A stretch of 64,000 bases of DNA from assembly GCA_964016885.1 (NCBI GenBank), contig OZ024740.1:145638001-145702000 (forward strand), in the 5' to 3' direction. Each line of letters begins with the position of its first letter. The first letter of the stretch is position 1. Positions 12,826-27,093 of this stretch are shown piece by piece. Made by a program: the position numbers and the translations under genes. Below the pieces are notes generated by a model that was not told the origin of the DNA, made no database searches, and saw only the letters and a list, made by a program, of their open reading frames with translations. Origin of the DNA: Eledone cirrhosa (Eukaryota).

Positions 12826-15800
12826 TCTATATATATAAAACTGAGGATGTCTGTCTGTGTGTGTGTGAGTTTGAATCACTAAAACTCAAGAAGCACCCAA
12901 TCGACTGTTTTCAAACTTTACACATGTAATACTTATGTTTCATGGAGTGTTCTGAGCAAAAAAAATTTCAAAGTTTCAATGCCCTAGGGAGCGCATTAGG
13001 CAATTTAGTGATCTCTCTCTATAATTCTTAGTCTTTCCCTTTTTAGAGAGATACATATAACGTTACGCCCTTATAATATCTGACTGTATGTCTGGCTGTC
13101 TGCATTACGTCACTTCCTACAATTCCATCTGCGTCCAGAACGCGCCCTTATAATATCTGTCTATGCCTGGCTGTCTATTGCCTCCGGTAATTCCGCCACC
13201 CTTGCTCAAGACAAATCTCACACTCATTCCCTAAACAGTTGCTAAGTGCACACAACTCTTCCTCACGTTTTAAGCCACAGTGTTGCTTACTTACGTACCA
13301 TGCTTTCGGGCGACTTCAGGCAGACCCTCCCTGTAATTCCCAAAGGTACACGAGCTGACTAGGCCCAAGCATGTCTGAAGTCATCTCCCCTATGGCGCCA
13401 TGTCAGGAAACTGACTCTTACAACCAACATGAGGGCTCAATTGCACGGTGACCAAACGTCCACTGACTTTGCACGGGACATTCTGAAGCTTGGCAACGGC
13501 AACATGCCTCTTGATGCTGAAGGCGAACTGGAAGTGTGGCCATTTGCAACTTCTGTTAATTCTGCAGCAGAGCTCAAAGACAAAGTGTTTCTGGATTTGC
13601 AACACCATTTCCAGGACCACGCATGGTTGTGCGGAAGAGCAGTGCTTGCTCCAAAAAACGCCACTGTTAACAATTTTTTCAACAACCTGCTACTGGATTC
13701 CCTTCCTGGTGCTCTTCGCAACTACAAGTCTGTTGGCACGATGTCCGATCTAAATGAAGTGGTGAACTTTCCACCAGAATTGCTAAACTCCTTACAGCCT
13801 CCGGGACTACCGCCCCACATGCTATGCCTTAAAGTAGGGACTCCTGTTATGTTGCTGCGGAATTTGCAGCCACCAAGGCTGTGCAACGGAACACGCCTGG
13901 CTGTAAAGAAAATGACGGACCATGTTATCGAAGCAACAATCCTCTCTGGGTACAGAAGACTGCAATTCCCGCTTCGGGTCTGTTTTGCCATGTCCATTAA
14001 CAAGTCCCAGGATCAGACTCTTTCTGTGGCCGGACTTCTATTGGAGGAGCCCTGTTTCTCCCACGGACAATTTACGTTGGGTGCACTAGAGTTGGCAGCA
14101 GAGAGAGGCTTTTTACATTTGCACAACGAGGGAAAACAAGGAACATTGTTTACAATGAGGTGTTATAAATGCAACAGCGACAAGGTAGGTTCATTATTGC
14201 CCTTTCTTAAACCAATCTGGTCGCAATTCGTACGGGCTACTTACTGAAACGTGTTTTTTCTACGGTTTAACCCTTTAATGTTCAACTGGCCAAAACCGGC
14301 CAAAACCGGTCAGAATTCTCTACCTCTTTCTGTTGAAACTGGCTGTAACTGGTCGCTCAAACTGATGTTAAGGGATTGTTCTCAAAATAAATACTTTCAA
14401 AATCTCATAGACTCGATATTATGTGAGATAATTATGCAAGGTAAAGCCTTTACCATGAAAATATAATAGTATATATAGAGTAATGTGAATGTTTAAGGGT
14501 TAAGAACCTTCAGCTAAGAACCTTCCCCTTCACAATTGGTGCGGCAATGTAAGGTCGTTAAGCGGATCGTTGTTTGTTGGGTGCTCTAGAGTTGGCAGCT
14601 AGGAGAGTCTTCTTGCATTTGCACAAGGGCGAGGTATGTTCGTTATCAACATTTCTTAAGGCAATCTGGTTGCCATTCATACGGCCTATTACCTGAAATA
14701 CATTTTCCCTCGGATTCAGGTGACTACCTTCAGAGATGGACCTTCCGCTTCGCACTCGGCGCGTCAATGTATGGCTGTTAAACGGACCGCGAACACATTC
14801 TGATTCATTCTAAAGGCTACCAGTGGAAGCAACCATAACACCTTCCTTCAAATGTCAGAGAACACAGTCAAAGTCACTATTAAGGGCTACAAGTGAACGC
14901 TCACATAGCCCTTTTTAGGGCCACCACTTGAAATTGTTGATGGTTACCCCTCCTTACTGGGGTGTCAGTGAACAGCTTACACGGCCCTTTTAAGAGCCCT
15001 TGAAATAGCTGATGGCGACCATTTTGTTTAAGGCTGCCAGTGAACGCGCACACGCCTCGGGGGCCCATTTTATTGCACCATTCCTCTTTAAATTTGTTAA
15101 ATTATACCCACAGTTTGGTAAACGTTTGTCCAGTTGCGTTTACTTACTAAGGTGCGGTGGACTCCTTCGAGAAGACTCCACATGCTGTCCGATTGCACGT
15201 CATGCCTTGCTCAAGCATTGCAGACTTCTCTCTGACATAAGTGGTGACATCTGTCCTGCTGACTCATGCCACTTTGATAAAGTACAAAAGCACCAAGCCG
15301 ATTTTCTCCATGTGGAAGGAGAAGCATACCTAATACTAATTGCATCAGAGTTTATTTTCTTTACATATCGTGCAGGCATGCAGTTGTCCCATAATTAGGT
15401 CTGTTGGCGGCCCATGTCGTGTTTCAGATGCATATAAAAAATTCAACTTTTTGATCCCCTAGGGCCCGCATTAGGTGAAAAAACTGTGTTTTTTCAGCTT
15501 TTTAGGGGTAATTTGACCGATTTCCTTGAAATTGTAACTATGTATTAGTCAGTCTCTTCTTCATACCGTGGTATGAATCCAACTTTTTTATGGCCTAGGG
15601 CGCACATTAGCCGATTTTCCTGAAATTTCAAGGCATATTATGCACATAAAAAAAAATTCATTTTCTTGGTGCCCTAGGTCCCGCATGAGGTGAAAACCTG
15701 CATTTTTTCCTGCTTCATCGAGGAAAATCTTAAAGATTATCCAGCCATCAGAGTATTCGGTTTATTTTCTTTACATATTGTCGAAGCATGCAGTTTTTCC

Positions 15801-15869
15801 ACGATTAGGTCTGTTGGCGGCCCGTGTTCCAAAATCCTTATCCTGTGCAACGCCGGGTACCACTGCTAG
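12826..15869 (+). mobile_element. Non-autonomous Helitron with a Pif1 helicase remnant
   Basis: 5' a|TCTATATATATAAAA; 3' cctgtgcaacgccggg..CTAG|t. ORF 13429-14247 (AVLAPKN, GLPPHMLCLKVGTPVMLLRNL, LCNGTRL, QFPLRVCFAMSINKSQ) with GDFRQTLPV upstream. Confidence 0.9.
14271..14499 (+). mobile_element. piggyBac-like MITE nested in the Helitron
   Basis: ttaa|ccctt...aaggg|ttaa; near-identical to 60389-60600. Confidence 0.8.
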
Positions 15870-15934
15870 TATATAATATAATAAATCACATGAATACAAC
15901 AATTTCAAAGTTAAAGGACTAACATTTATTACAT

Positions 15935-16061
15935 AACTGACATGTTTCGCCAATAGTCAGGTGAGCAATATCTAGAGTTGCTAATCTGATAGGATTTATC
16001 GGAAAACTTGATTTCCAATACTTTTGCATTAGCACCGTGACAAATCGGTTTCTTCAGAGTC
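15935..16061 (-). ncRNA. Type I hammerhead with a long (~105-nt) stem II domain, partly degenerate
   Basis: Minus strand: gact CTGAAGA aa-ccgat..gtca.ggtg ... cacc tgac.attgg-c GAAA catg TC agtt; ACATGT palindrome; AATAAA just downstream. Confidence 0.62.
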
Positions 16062-16395
16062 TAACAATGTTTTCATCTGTATAAGGTGTCTTTAATATAT
16101 ATATGATTTTTCGTTTCATATTATATCACACTCTGCTCTGTAAGAACATAGATTGCTCAACTGGCATACTGCCTATGGAAGCATCATAGCTACCATTAAA
16201 CACACACAAACATATATATATATATATATAGGGAAAGAAAGCAGACGTAAAAACAAAATCATTTCTCTCACTATTAACGTATAAGTGTGCACTCTGCTTC
16301 CCTCTTTGGTTGGTATCCTAATGATGCTGGCTTAAGTAAAGCATTGAATGAGTGACACAATGGCCAGAGATACATCAGTTCTTCCGATGACTTTG

Positions 16396-16556
16396 TTGGA
16401 CGCCATGCTTTGATGCATAGAGTTACGTCCCTTGCCATTCTGAGTTCAAATCCTGCCGAGGTTAACTTTGCCTTTCATCCTTACGGGGTCGATAAAATAA
16501 AGTACCAGTAATACACTGGTAATATTGCTGGCCTTGTGCCAAAAGTAGAAACAATT
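16396..16556 (+). mobile_element. tRNA-derived SINE (Deu/Nin-like domain), 5'-truncated
   Basis: gagttcaaatcc box B, then gcctttcatccttacggggtcgataaaataaagtaccag; matches 41696-41885. Confidence 0.8.
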
Positions 16557-16589
16557 ATGATATATATCATGATAAACAATCATGATATA

Positions 16590-16623
<34 letters not shown>

Positions 16624-17367
16624 CTGTCCATATGGGTCAGCTGGCACATTTCTATCCAACTGCTCATAATCCATACACATATGTGCAGTCTTCTCTCTTG
16701 CATACTATATATCATTCCTGCTATACCCAGTTTTTCTCTCCACTCACCTGTGTCATGCCATTCATACAAACTAACTTGCTAGCAAGGAAAACTGATGTTA
16801 AATGATGATGATGATGATGATAATAATATACATACATACATTCTCTCTCACACACACACACACACACTCACAAAGGAGGAGCATAGCAAGCTCCAACATA
16901 CACAGTTACCGCCATATGTTCAATATAACTACAAGAACACCATCCAAATAAATAAACACTACCTCTCCCACAAACACACAAGTAACAGTTGTATCAATAA
17001 CTTCATTAGTGTCCTGTTGGTGTGTTGGGATGCACACCTCCATTGATAAGTGCAGTGGATCAACAACCGAAGTGTTCCAAACAAGTCCACATTCATTGTT
17101 TCTGTTGTAGCAACCACAAGAATCTATAGTACAGTAGAGAAAAGACAGCACATAATACCCATTTATGTCACAGAACTACCAGTATGTGTGCACAAAATAA
17201 TCCTCAATGGACAAAGGCATATGGGGGTGCAGTAGGTTTGTAGATTGCAGCTGTTCAAATGACTGCCAAAGTCATTAAACAGAGTTACACAAAAACATGG
17301 GATAATTTCATTATACGTGAAAGTAATTACTATATATAATTGTTATATAAGCAGAGAAATATGTGAC

Positions 17368-17398
<31 letters not shown>

Positions 17399-17477
17399 AT
17401 GGAGGAATGGAGAAGTCAGCTTATATTTGTTGATTTTCACCAACTTCAAAATTCTATGTAAATGAGGTGCTAAAACA

Positions 17478-17640
17478 TTTTCACTTTGGGGTGAATATTC
17501 TACCGGTTTCACTTTCGTGGTGAATGTTACATCGGTTTCACTTTGGAGGGGAATATTACACCAGTTTCACTTTCGTGGTGAATGTTACATCGGTTTCACT
17601 TTGGAGGGGAATATTACACCAGTTTCACTTTCAATGTGAA
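17478..17640. repeat. Minisatellite, 28-bp unit with 56-bp higher-order alternation
   Basis: gtttcactttcgtggtgaatgttacatcg alternates with gtttcactttggaggggaatattacacca; ~6 units. Confidence 0.85.
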
Positions 17641-17859
17641 ATTGTTTTTTTATGATTTGAATGAATACAGAATTTAGTATTAAAAAAAAAAAAAAAAAAT
17701 TATGTAATGGAGATCTGAAAAAAAACTATATTCTAAACCTAACCCATGCTAGCATGAAAGATGGATGTTAAACGAAGATGATGATGAATTACATTTTAAA
17801 TCTCAAAATATTTAAAGTTCATAAATATATTTTATCCCCATGTGAATTATGTTGATTAG

Positions 17860-17969
17860 CTGCCTTGACTTATGCATGGGGTTTGGATTTTTGCCCATTT
17901 TTCAGACGTAAAATGTGTGTGTGTGTGGGGGGGGGGGGGGGTCCAACTTATATTCGAGTATATACAGTA
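17860..17969 (-). mobile_element. One end of a Tc1/mariner-type MITE
   Basis: acttatattcgagtatatacag|ta terminus; internal match to 58195-58260. Confidence 0.6.
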
Positions 17970-18548
17970 ATTAAAACCTTATGTGATTAAAGAGAAAATT
18001 ACTGGAAGATGTGAATAAGTGGATTTATGATTGGATAAGGAGCAGAGTTAAAAGCTGCAATCATTTCCAATAAGTATGGATCAGCTTCTTAGTTGAATTA
18101 TGCAGATTAATGATAAGCATCAATCATAAGAAAAACACTACAAGAACTGAGAGGAGAAGTGACAGTGTACAGATGTGCATGTACATATGTATGCACATAC
18201 ATTATGTTTTAATCAATTTCAAACTAGCAGAAATCTATAATTATTTATATAGAATTATAAAACAAGTATTTACCACAGCTCTATAAACAGGAACTTGCCA
18301 AAACCCAGTAGAGATGCATTGCAAAATGGTGCTAGGAGCTATAAAAGAAACAAAGAATTATATTTAAAAATCATAATAGAAAGAAAAAAAAAAAACCAAT
18401 GTTATACACACACACACACGCACACACACACACACAGATATGAATAGAAAAAAGAGCAATCAACAGAAAATGTGGAAGTTGAAAATATTTATATTACCAA
18501 CAATTTCATATACATAAATAAATATAATTCATTCAGATGTTTAAATTT

Positions 18549-18589
<41 letters not shown>

Positions 18590-21419
18590 CACTAAGTATT
18601 AGAAGGTTGAATTGGACATGTGGTAGAAAAATACTTTTTGAATTATTAGTGGGTAAGCTTAGCAAGTGAAAAGTGGGACTTATTCTATTTATAACTCCCA
18701 CCCATGAAGCTTACTAAAAAGACTAGCTATCAGAGATATAATTACATTACATGGTTTTAGAACAAGTTCCTGAGATAATGGATGCCAAATTTCATATGTA
18801 GTTGACAAAAGAGCAAACGGCTTTAATTGGAAAGTCTAGAAAGATTAACAGTTGTATGGTTGTTTGAGTGGGTATGGGATAGGATAACATGCTCATGGGT
18901 CATGAGTTCAAATTTACTATTTCTGAGTTTCTATATTGCCTCAGTTCACCTAGATGTCAGAAATAGGTACCAAATAATCTGGGAATCTGACATATGATTG
19001 ACTAATGTTCTATTAAGGGGAGATTTTATATCTTATCTACATTATGCCACGAAAACAGAGCTAAGTATCAGCTCTCAAAAATCCTTGGGGATATACAAGG
19101 TACATTATATTTATATTGTGTAGCCAGATAAGTAATATCAAAGATTAGGTGAATAGCTCAAGTTACAAAGTCAAAATTATGTTTATAATTACAGTGAAGA
19201 TCAGCAATACAATCAGCTTTATCTATAGAGATTTTTGCAAAAGCAAGTCAAAACTATAAATTCATAAAGTTTAGAGAACTTTAGGAAAAATTTGAAATTT
19301 AAAATAAGTTATGGGGCTTGAATGTAAAGATAACCAAATCTGAAATGCTAAATTGTGGTAGGTGGATGTTTCATGGGGGAGGGGGCACTGAATACAGAAA
19401 TAGCTATGCACAATATTTTAAATGAATCAGTTGCGCCCCCCCCCCCCCCCTCCCGCAAAAGAGACAATTAAAACTTCAATTACAACAAATCCATAACAAT
19501 GAACAATAAAGACCATTAATTGTTCTGCTTTGGAGACTAAGGCTCAGCATACTGTGATGTATGGCAGTGGAACAAAGGCAATAACAAATTATTAACTGAA
19601 ATAACTGAATGAGTTACAATGAATGTGCAACATAAAAATTATCTTTCATATCCTCACTAGTTTAATGTGCATTTTTTTCATATAAATATAATTATGGAAC
19701 TGCTCTAAAACTGACTTATAAACCAGATAGATACACAGAATTGAAAACAAACAATTGATAAAATGCTGTGAAATAGAAGGTCCATTGAATGCAGATCAGC
19801 TTTAAAGAGTGTCTGTGATAATGTAATCAGATCATAGCATAAACAATCAGAACTTTTCAAAACATTAAATTTTATATAAACTTATTCTGCATGACCTAAA
19901 ACAGTTATTTTTAAAATATCTTATAATTATATCCATGGTATAATGTTAGATTGTTAGTTTCCCACGTCAAATTTAAATACAATTAATGGTGATTTTTCAC
20001 TTTGATTCCCTCTATCAAAAAGAATCAGGTTACAATAGAAATTTTTTTAATGTCACAGTTTGTGATAGAGTATAGTTGTTCAATTGAGAGACACAGAATG
20101 GGCTTCTGCTGGTTTTGATGATGACTGTTCCAATTGTTCGATTAATGTGTAAGTGGCTGGGCATCCCACAGATGTGTACACTTAACATACTTCTCAGGAA
20201 GATTCAATGTGATGCAGTGTGTAACAAGCTGGTTCTTTGAATTACAGGCAGTCCTTCCATCAGGCTTCCAACCAGGTTCTATCTACTCATTTTCACTCAC
20301 AAGGGTCAACCTGAGGCTATGGTAAATGACACTTGTTAAAATGCGACATAGTGGGATTGAATCTGGGACCTAATGGTTGTAAAGTGTCATATGTATGTTT
20401 GGTCAGGGCTGACCTGTACGACACGACATATTAAAAGTAAACAATCTAAAACCAATTACAAAAACATTTTATTCTAAAATAAGTATTTAACTAAAAATGT
20501 ATCTTATGAATGAATTAGCTGTTAGAATTTCAACATAAAGCAATATTAGACATTATAAAATCCAAGATGAGACATAAAAGAGAAACAGGCCCCTGATAAG
20601 ATCTAAACTACATATTAATCACTTGCTGAGAAACTGTAACTGATTACACTAGAGAAATGATCCCATGGATCAAATTATGAATAAACAACCGCTAAAATGT
20701 TCAATGTAAAATGATAAACATCATAAAAACCATAGAAATAATGTTTGGGAACCTATTTGGAAGCCTGGTTGATTTCCCTTTTCCAACTCAAATTAGTTCT
20801 TAACATCACAAAATTTATCATTAACTAATCATTAGATTAACTTAATCAAAATATTTTATCAAATTAAAACAAAAAAATAATGCAAAACATTAACGGAATG
20901 AACAGAAAAGATGTGGGTTCCACAAATCACTCACTTGCAACCTGCTCAGGAAAGAAACAACTAATACGAATATACTCCTTATGTCTATGGCAGGCATCCT
21001 CTTCTGTACCTGTGACACAATAAAATGGTCCCAGTCAACACCATAAAGTGGCTGGTCATGAGAGGAGCATCCATCCATGAAAACTATGCCATAAATACTG
21101 TAACCTGTCCAAACCATGCCAGCATCATAAAAACAAATGATGGTGATGATAATGTTAACTATTACTTTGCAGAATTATGTAACTGATTGGCAAATACAAA
21201 ATGAAAACATGTTAATACTATTTATAAGACAAAAAACACTTGCTTCTGCTTGATGATACTGGCTATCTTTGCTATAATCATCTCCCATCTGCTATTAATA
21301 CTACTGAAAAGCAATAACTTTTCTATCAATTTATGTTATTGCCTAGAAGAGATAATGGAATAATAATCTATACTCGAACGAACCCAGTACACAAATACAA
21401 TAACAATACAACAAGCATT

Positions 21420-22110
21420 TTAAGGCCATTTTCCCTGTTGGTGCAAGGGTTAACTGGGGAGAGGGGGGGGGGGGGGGGGGGGGCAAAATAAGCTTCTCCA
21501 CTTTGGCCTATTGGTTCCACCCCCTCACCAACCTCCAGACTTTCATTTCTTCCTCTATCATCTCCACCTATATCTTTCTTGGTCTTCTCTTCCTCTACAT
21601 ATATTTCAATCACTCCTCTCACCTACTCATTTTCGTCTTTCCTTAACACATGACCCAATCATCTCACTTCATTTCTCTTCATAACATTCATCATTGACTA
21701 TATTCACATCATCTTTTGCAATTCATTGTTTGTCTTCCTCTCTCTGAGTGATACACCACTCATCCACCAGACAATTCTCATTTTCATTCTTTCCAGCCTT
21801 CTCTGCTGCTCCACATTCACCACTCAGCTTGCTCCCATAAATCAGTCACTTCTCACCTTTCCCTTCAGTTTCAATGATACACCCCATCTCATTAGCATAC
21901 CACTCAGTACCCAGAACTTCTATGCACATCTAACTCTATTTACTGTCACCGAGTCTGGTCCACCTTCTCTATTCAACATGTCTCTGAGATAACCAAATGT
22001 TTTCACACCTTTCATCATCATAACATTCCCAAGATCCAGTTCAACATCTCCACCTGTAGCTCCTGTCATACACACTTTACACTTAAATGTAGCTGCTATA
22101 TGATTTAATA
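21420..22110 (-). pseudogene. Decayed RTE LINE 3' fragment
   Basis: FKCKVC..VKTFGYLRDML..VRCA; W.GHVLRKDE remnant. Confidence 0.6.
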
Positions 22111-22984
22111 GTCCCTTCACATCACTATATACAATAATAATGATGAACTACCTTCAATGAGCAGGTGGAAAATGGTCTATCATTAAGGAAAACAATGATA
22201 AGAGTAAAAATAAAAAGGAAACCAAGGAGAAGCAGAGTGGGTAAAATCAAAAGTTTTTATATTGTAAATATATTTTGATGAATATTTTTTATTTTGTTTG
22301 CATTTTCTATTTTCTAAATTTGGTTAAGAAATTTGCTTCACAACTACATGGCCTTGGGTTCCCACTGCATAGCACCATAGTCTTCTACTAAAACCTCAGA
22401 TGAACCAATGCCTTGTGAGTGAATTTAATAGGTGGAAACTGTAAGGAACCCTAGCATCATCATCATTATCAATTTACATGCATTTTACCATACTTGCATG
22501 GGTTGGATGGGTCCTTTCTAGCATAACCACACCACTTATAGTGTTCCATCATCATTTCATTTAGAGATCCTCCTACACACTGATGAACATGTAGCAGTTA
22601 GAGAAGGAATTCCAGATACAGAAATAAGTACTGGAATCAAAAGGCTTTACAGTAAATTTAGCAAAGACTAAAGTTTTAGTAAGTAGGAAAGAAGATAAGT
22701 CTTTGATACAGGCTAATGAAGAATTTAGACTTCATATGCAGCACATATGCCACATCTTATCTAAAACTATCCTTCAGGGCACAGTTGAAGGGAGGGCAAA
22801 GGAGAGGCAGAAAAAGAAAGTCCTAGTCTGACATCAAAGACTAGACTGTGCATAACAGAGAATAGAGACCAGTGGCGACAGCTGACTACAAAAAGGTCCA
22901 CAGTGGTACCTTATCGACTGGCTGCATCAGTTTGCAGGAATATGACTGATTGATTGATGCAGCAGATACACAAGCACTAACAAT

Positions 22985-23865
22985 CATCATCATCATTTTA
23001 CGTCCGCTTTTCCCTGCTTGCAAGGGTGGGACGGGTCTTATTCAGAACAGCATCTCTCCACTCGTCACGGTCCCTCGTCATCTCCACCGTGAGCTTCAAT
23101 AGATCTGAGGTCTGTTCTCACCACCTACCGCCCATGTTTTTCGTGGTCTACCTCTACCACGTCTTCCTTCAACTGGCATTTCCTGGCACTTCTTCACCCA
23201 TCGGTCATCCTCCATGCGCATCACATGTCCATACACCCCAGTCTCCTCTCCCGTACACTACATTCTATCCCTCTCAGACACAGTTTCTCTCTCAACACAT
23301 TTATGCTGGGTCGTTCCACGCACATTTACACTGCACATCCAACGGAGCATGCTTGCCTCATTTCTCTCCAAGCCGTCGCATATCCTCTGCGGTTGCTGCC
23401 CATGTCTCACTACCCATGCAGCATCGCGCTCCTCACACAGGCATCATACAACCGGCCTTTCGTACGCAGGGAGAAACCCCCTTCTTCGTCAACAGAGGAA
23501 GCAGCTCCCTAAACTTCTTCCAACCCGTCCTTATTCTAGATACTATGGCTCGGAACACCCTCCTCCCATGCTAATCTGATCTCCTAGGTACCGGAAGCTA
23601 TCCACCACTTCTATAGCGCCCCCTCGCATTTGAAAAAGTGTCTATCAGTGCGACTTCTACTGTCTAATTTCCCTGTACATCTACTGCATACATATTTCTC
23701 CCTACCTGTTAGTTTGCCTGCTATCCCGCTACATCTCTTGTGTACCCAGGACCTTCATTGTGTGCATTTTATAGAATTTATGCCAGTTCCTTTTCTGCAT
23801 ATCGAACATGGCCTATTTCCCTGACGGAATCAGGGTTTTGTCCTCTTTTCTACTCATCAATACAC
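22985..23865 (-). mobile_element. RTE (PHD family) 3' fragment with (GAT)n tail
   Basis: The minus strand reads PCSICRKGTGINSIKCTQ..WVHKRCSG, FRYLGD and KKFRELLPLL; tail catcatcatcat at 22985. Confidence 0.85.
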
Positions 23866-24276
23866 AACATAATAGATTCTCTCAAATATTCATTACATCT
23901 TGCTTCCATGTAACACAGCAGTTCGCACACAGATGAAATCTCAAGCTGTCAATAACTTTAAATTTAATAACAAAAGTTCATCAAATCTTCTAAAAACCAA
24001 CACTATCTGTTTAACTTAAAATATACATTAACAGTAATTTGAGTGTTCTAACGATGACTGTTACCATAATATAATGTGTAATTACCATCTTACCAAGGAG
24101 TTATATGGCACACAAACAATATGTGCTTAAATATAACAGCCTTAAGCAAAGACTAAAAACAATTATAGAATATTAGAGACTGAGAACTTGACAAAAACCC
24201 AAGACACTTCAACAAACAAGCTCAAAATGTATTGTCTATATAACTGAATTGTCTAATTCAACACAGACATTTGTAC

Positions 24277-24424
24277 CTTAAACAAAACATTCAATAATGA
24301 TATAGAGTACATGAACAATATCAATGCCAACAGCAAGGGTAATGTCACAAAACCCCAGTAATAGTCGACAGCAGCCTGAATTCTCCCATGGTAAATGGCA
24401 ATTCAATTGAAGTTCAAACCATAG
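24277..24424 (-). other. Candidate exon or pseudo-exon encoding a transmembrane-like segment, with an in-frame TGA
   Basis: ttcatttag| ... AAG|gtacaa; YGLNFN*IAIYHGRIQAAVDYYWGFVTLPLLLALILFMYSISLLNVLFK. Confidence 0.3.
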
Positions 24425-26790
24425 CTAAATGAACAGATTAATGATAATTTCTTTAAAACTTTACAAAGGGATTTGGGGTGATATATTAGAACAAGTATAA
24501 AAGATGGACTGAAATACAGTTCTTTTAATACAAATATAAGAAAAGAGCCTTCCTATTTTTAAGATAGTATGGTAGGGTTTGGAGGTTTGGTTGTTAATTA
24601 TTGTTCCTTAACTCTCATATACACTGTTCTAATTACTACTGACATAAGTAAAGTTTTTCAACTCCATTCTCTGCTATCCTGTTACTTAGCAATTCGACAA
24701 ATAAAGATCAATGAAATAAGTACCAGACTTAAAATAAGCACTGGCGTCAATATAACTGACTAAATCTTGAAGGTGGTACCCTAGTATAGACACCATCAAA
24801 TGACTGAAAGTAGTAAAAGAATATAGTTTATATTATATTAAAAAAGGAGAAAAAATATACCACTAGCTCTCACACACAGCAGTTTAATGAAAAAGAATTC
24901 AAGCATAGATGAGTGGTTTATTCAATTTTACAGGTAGGCTTGCTCTTATTTATTATAATTTTCCAAGCCATGAAAGAGAAATTGTGAGAAAACAACTGGG
25001 AATGGTTGATTTGTTATCAATACTGTTTTATGTACATTTTCCATGCTGGTATGGATTGGATTGGATAGGTTGCCACATTCTGAGACTAGACAGGTCAGAG
25101 GACCATGTCTTGCTTATACATTCCATTTTTCTATGGTTAGATGCCCTTCCTAATTCCAACCACTTTAGAACATGTACTGGACCACAATTTATCATGGCAC
25201 TAAACACTACCACTTTACAAATGATCATGATAATCTGGGAAATAGTTAATGCAGGTTAGGTAAAAAAAATTGTAAATAGCTGGTAGAGTTAGCTAAGTCT
25301 TACAAGAATTGTAAAATCTAGCTAACCCATGAAATCATCATCCTAAATGTTTTACAATGCTAATTAGAAATTTATGATATTTTTCTTATTTATTTGTAAG
25401 GCAAAAACCATTTGATATTAATTAACAGATTATTCGAGTAGATCAAACTCAAGAATTCTAATAAATTGATCAATTTTCAATTAACTTTAAATGTTCAACC
25501 AATACTGCATATAGTTTTTGCAAAATTGGGTTTATTTCCATAGCAATTAAAGAAATCATTAATTAATCTCTAAACTTAAATCAAATAATTAGTTGAATTT
25601 GTATTAGTTTTCACATTTGTTAACTGAAGTAACTAATGGTGTTATAAATGATAGTTTATAAAATGTCTTGGGAGACAACATTCTTCATCATATACTCCAT
25701 TTTGTCTGCTCCATCAACCCATCCTCTTTAATGGTTTAACTAAAGATGAATTGCTACTCTGCAAGCATAAAACCAAATCTTCAACATCTGGAAGTTATCA
25801 GCCACTGTTACTAACTTTACAAGTAGCAGATTGTGCAAAGCGACAAATTCAAAATCAAAAGACAACAAATTTTCCTTCCTCTCCAAATGCAGTTGTATAT
25901 TTTTGTCCCTTGCTGAGCACATGTGTATTAACTTTAGTTTATCTTCTTTTTTTCTACTCATCAACCTAGTTAATGCCATGAACTAAAGTTGGTATCTTTG
26001 TTACTATTTGCTTCAAAACCTACCCACATCATTTAAATAAATAAAAATGTATATATATAATAATATATAATATAATATAATATAATATATAATATATATA
26101 TAATATATATATATAATATATATAATATATATCTATATATATATAATATATAATATATAATATAATATATATAATAATATATATATAATATATATATCAT
26201 ATATATATAATATATATAATATATATAATATATAATATATATATAAAATATATAATATATAATATATAATATAAATAATATATATTAATAATATAATATA
26301 TATATAAAATATATATATAATATATAATATATATATAAAATATATATATAATATATAATATATATATAAAATATATATATATATATAATATATATATAAA
26401 ATATATATATAAAATATATATATAATATATAATATATATATAAAATATATATATAATATATAATATATATATAAAATATATATATAATATATATATAATA
26501 TATAATATATATATAAAATATATATATAATACATATATATATATAAAATATATATATAATATATAATTATATATATAAAATATATATATAATATATATAT
26601 AATTATATAATATATATATAAAATATATATATAATACATATATAATATATATATAATATTATATATAATATATAATATATATATAAAATATATATTATAA
26701 TATATATATAATATATAATATATATATAAAATATATATAAATATAATATATTATATAATATATATATATATATATATAGTATATATATAT

Positions 26791-26851
<61 letters not shown>

Positions 26852-27093
26852 ATATATATTATATATATATATATAATATATATATAAAATATATATATAA
26901 TATATAATATATATATAAAATATATATATAAATATATATATATAATATATATATATAATATATATAATAATATATATATAATATATAATATATATATAAA
27001 ATATATATAAAATATATATATAATATATATATAATATATATATAATATATATATAATATATATATAATATATAATGTATATATAAAATATATA

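Noticed and set aside
13429-14247. Host PIF1 gene
   Set aside because: Partial, internally deleted and inside Helitron termini.
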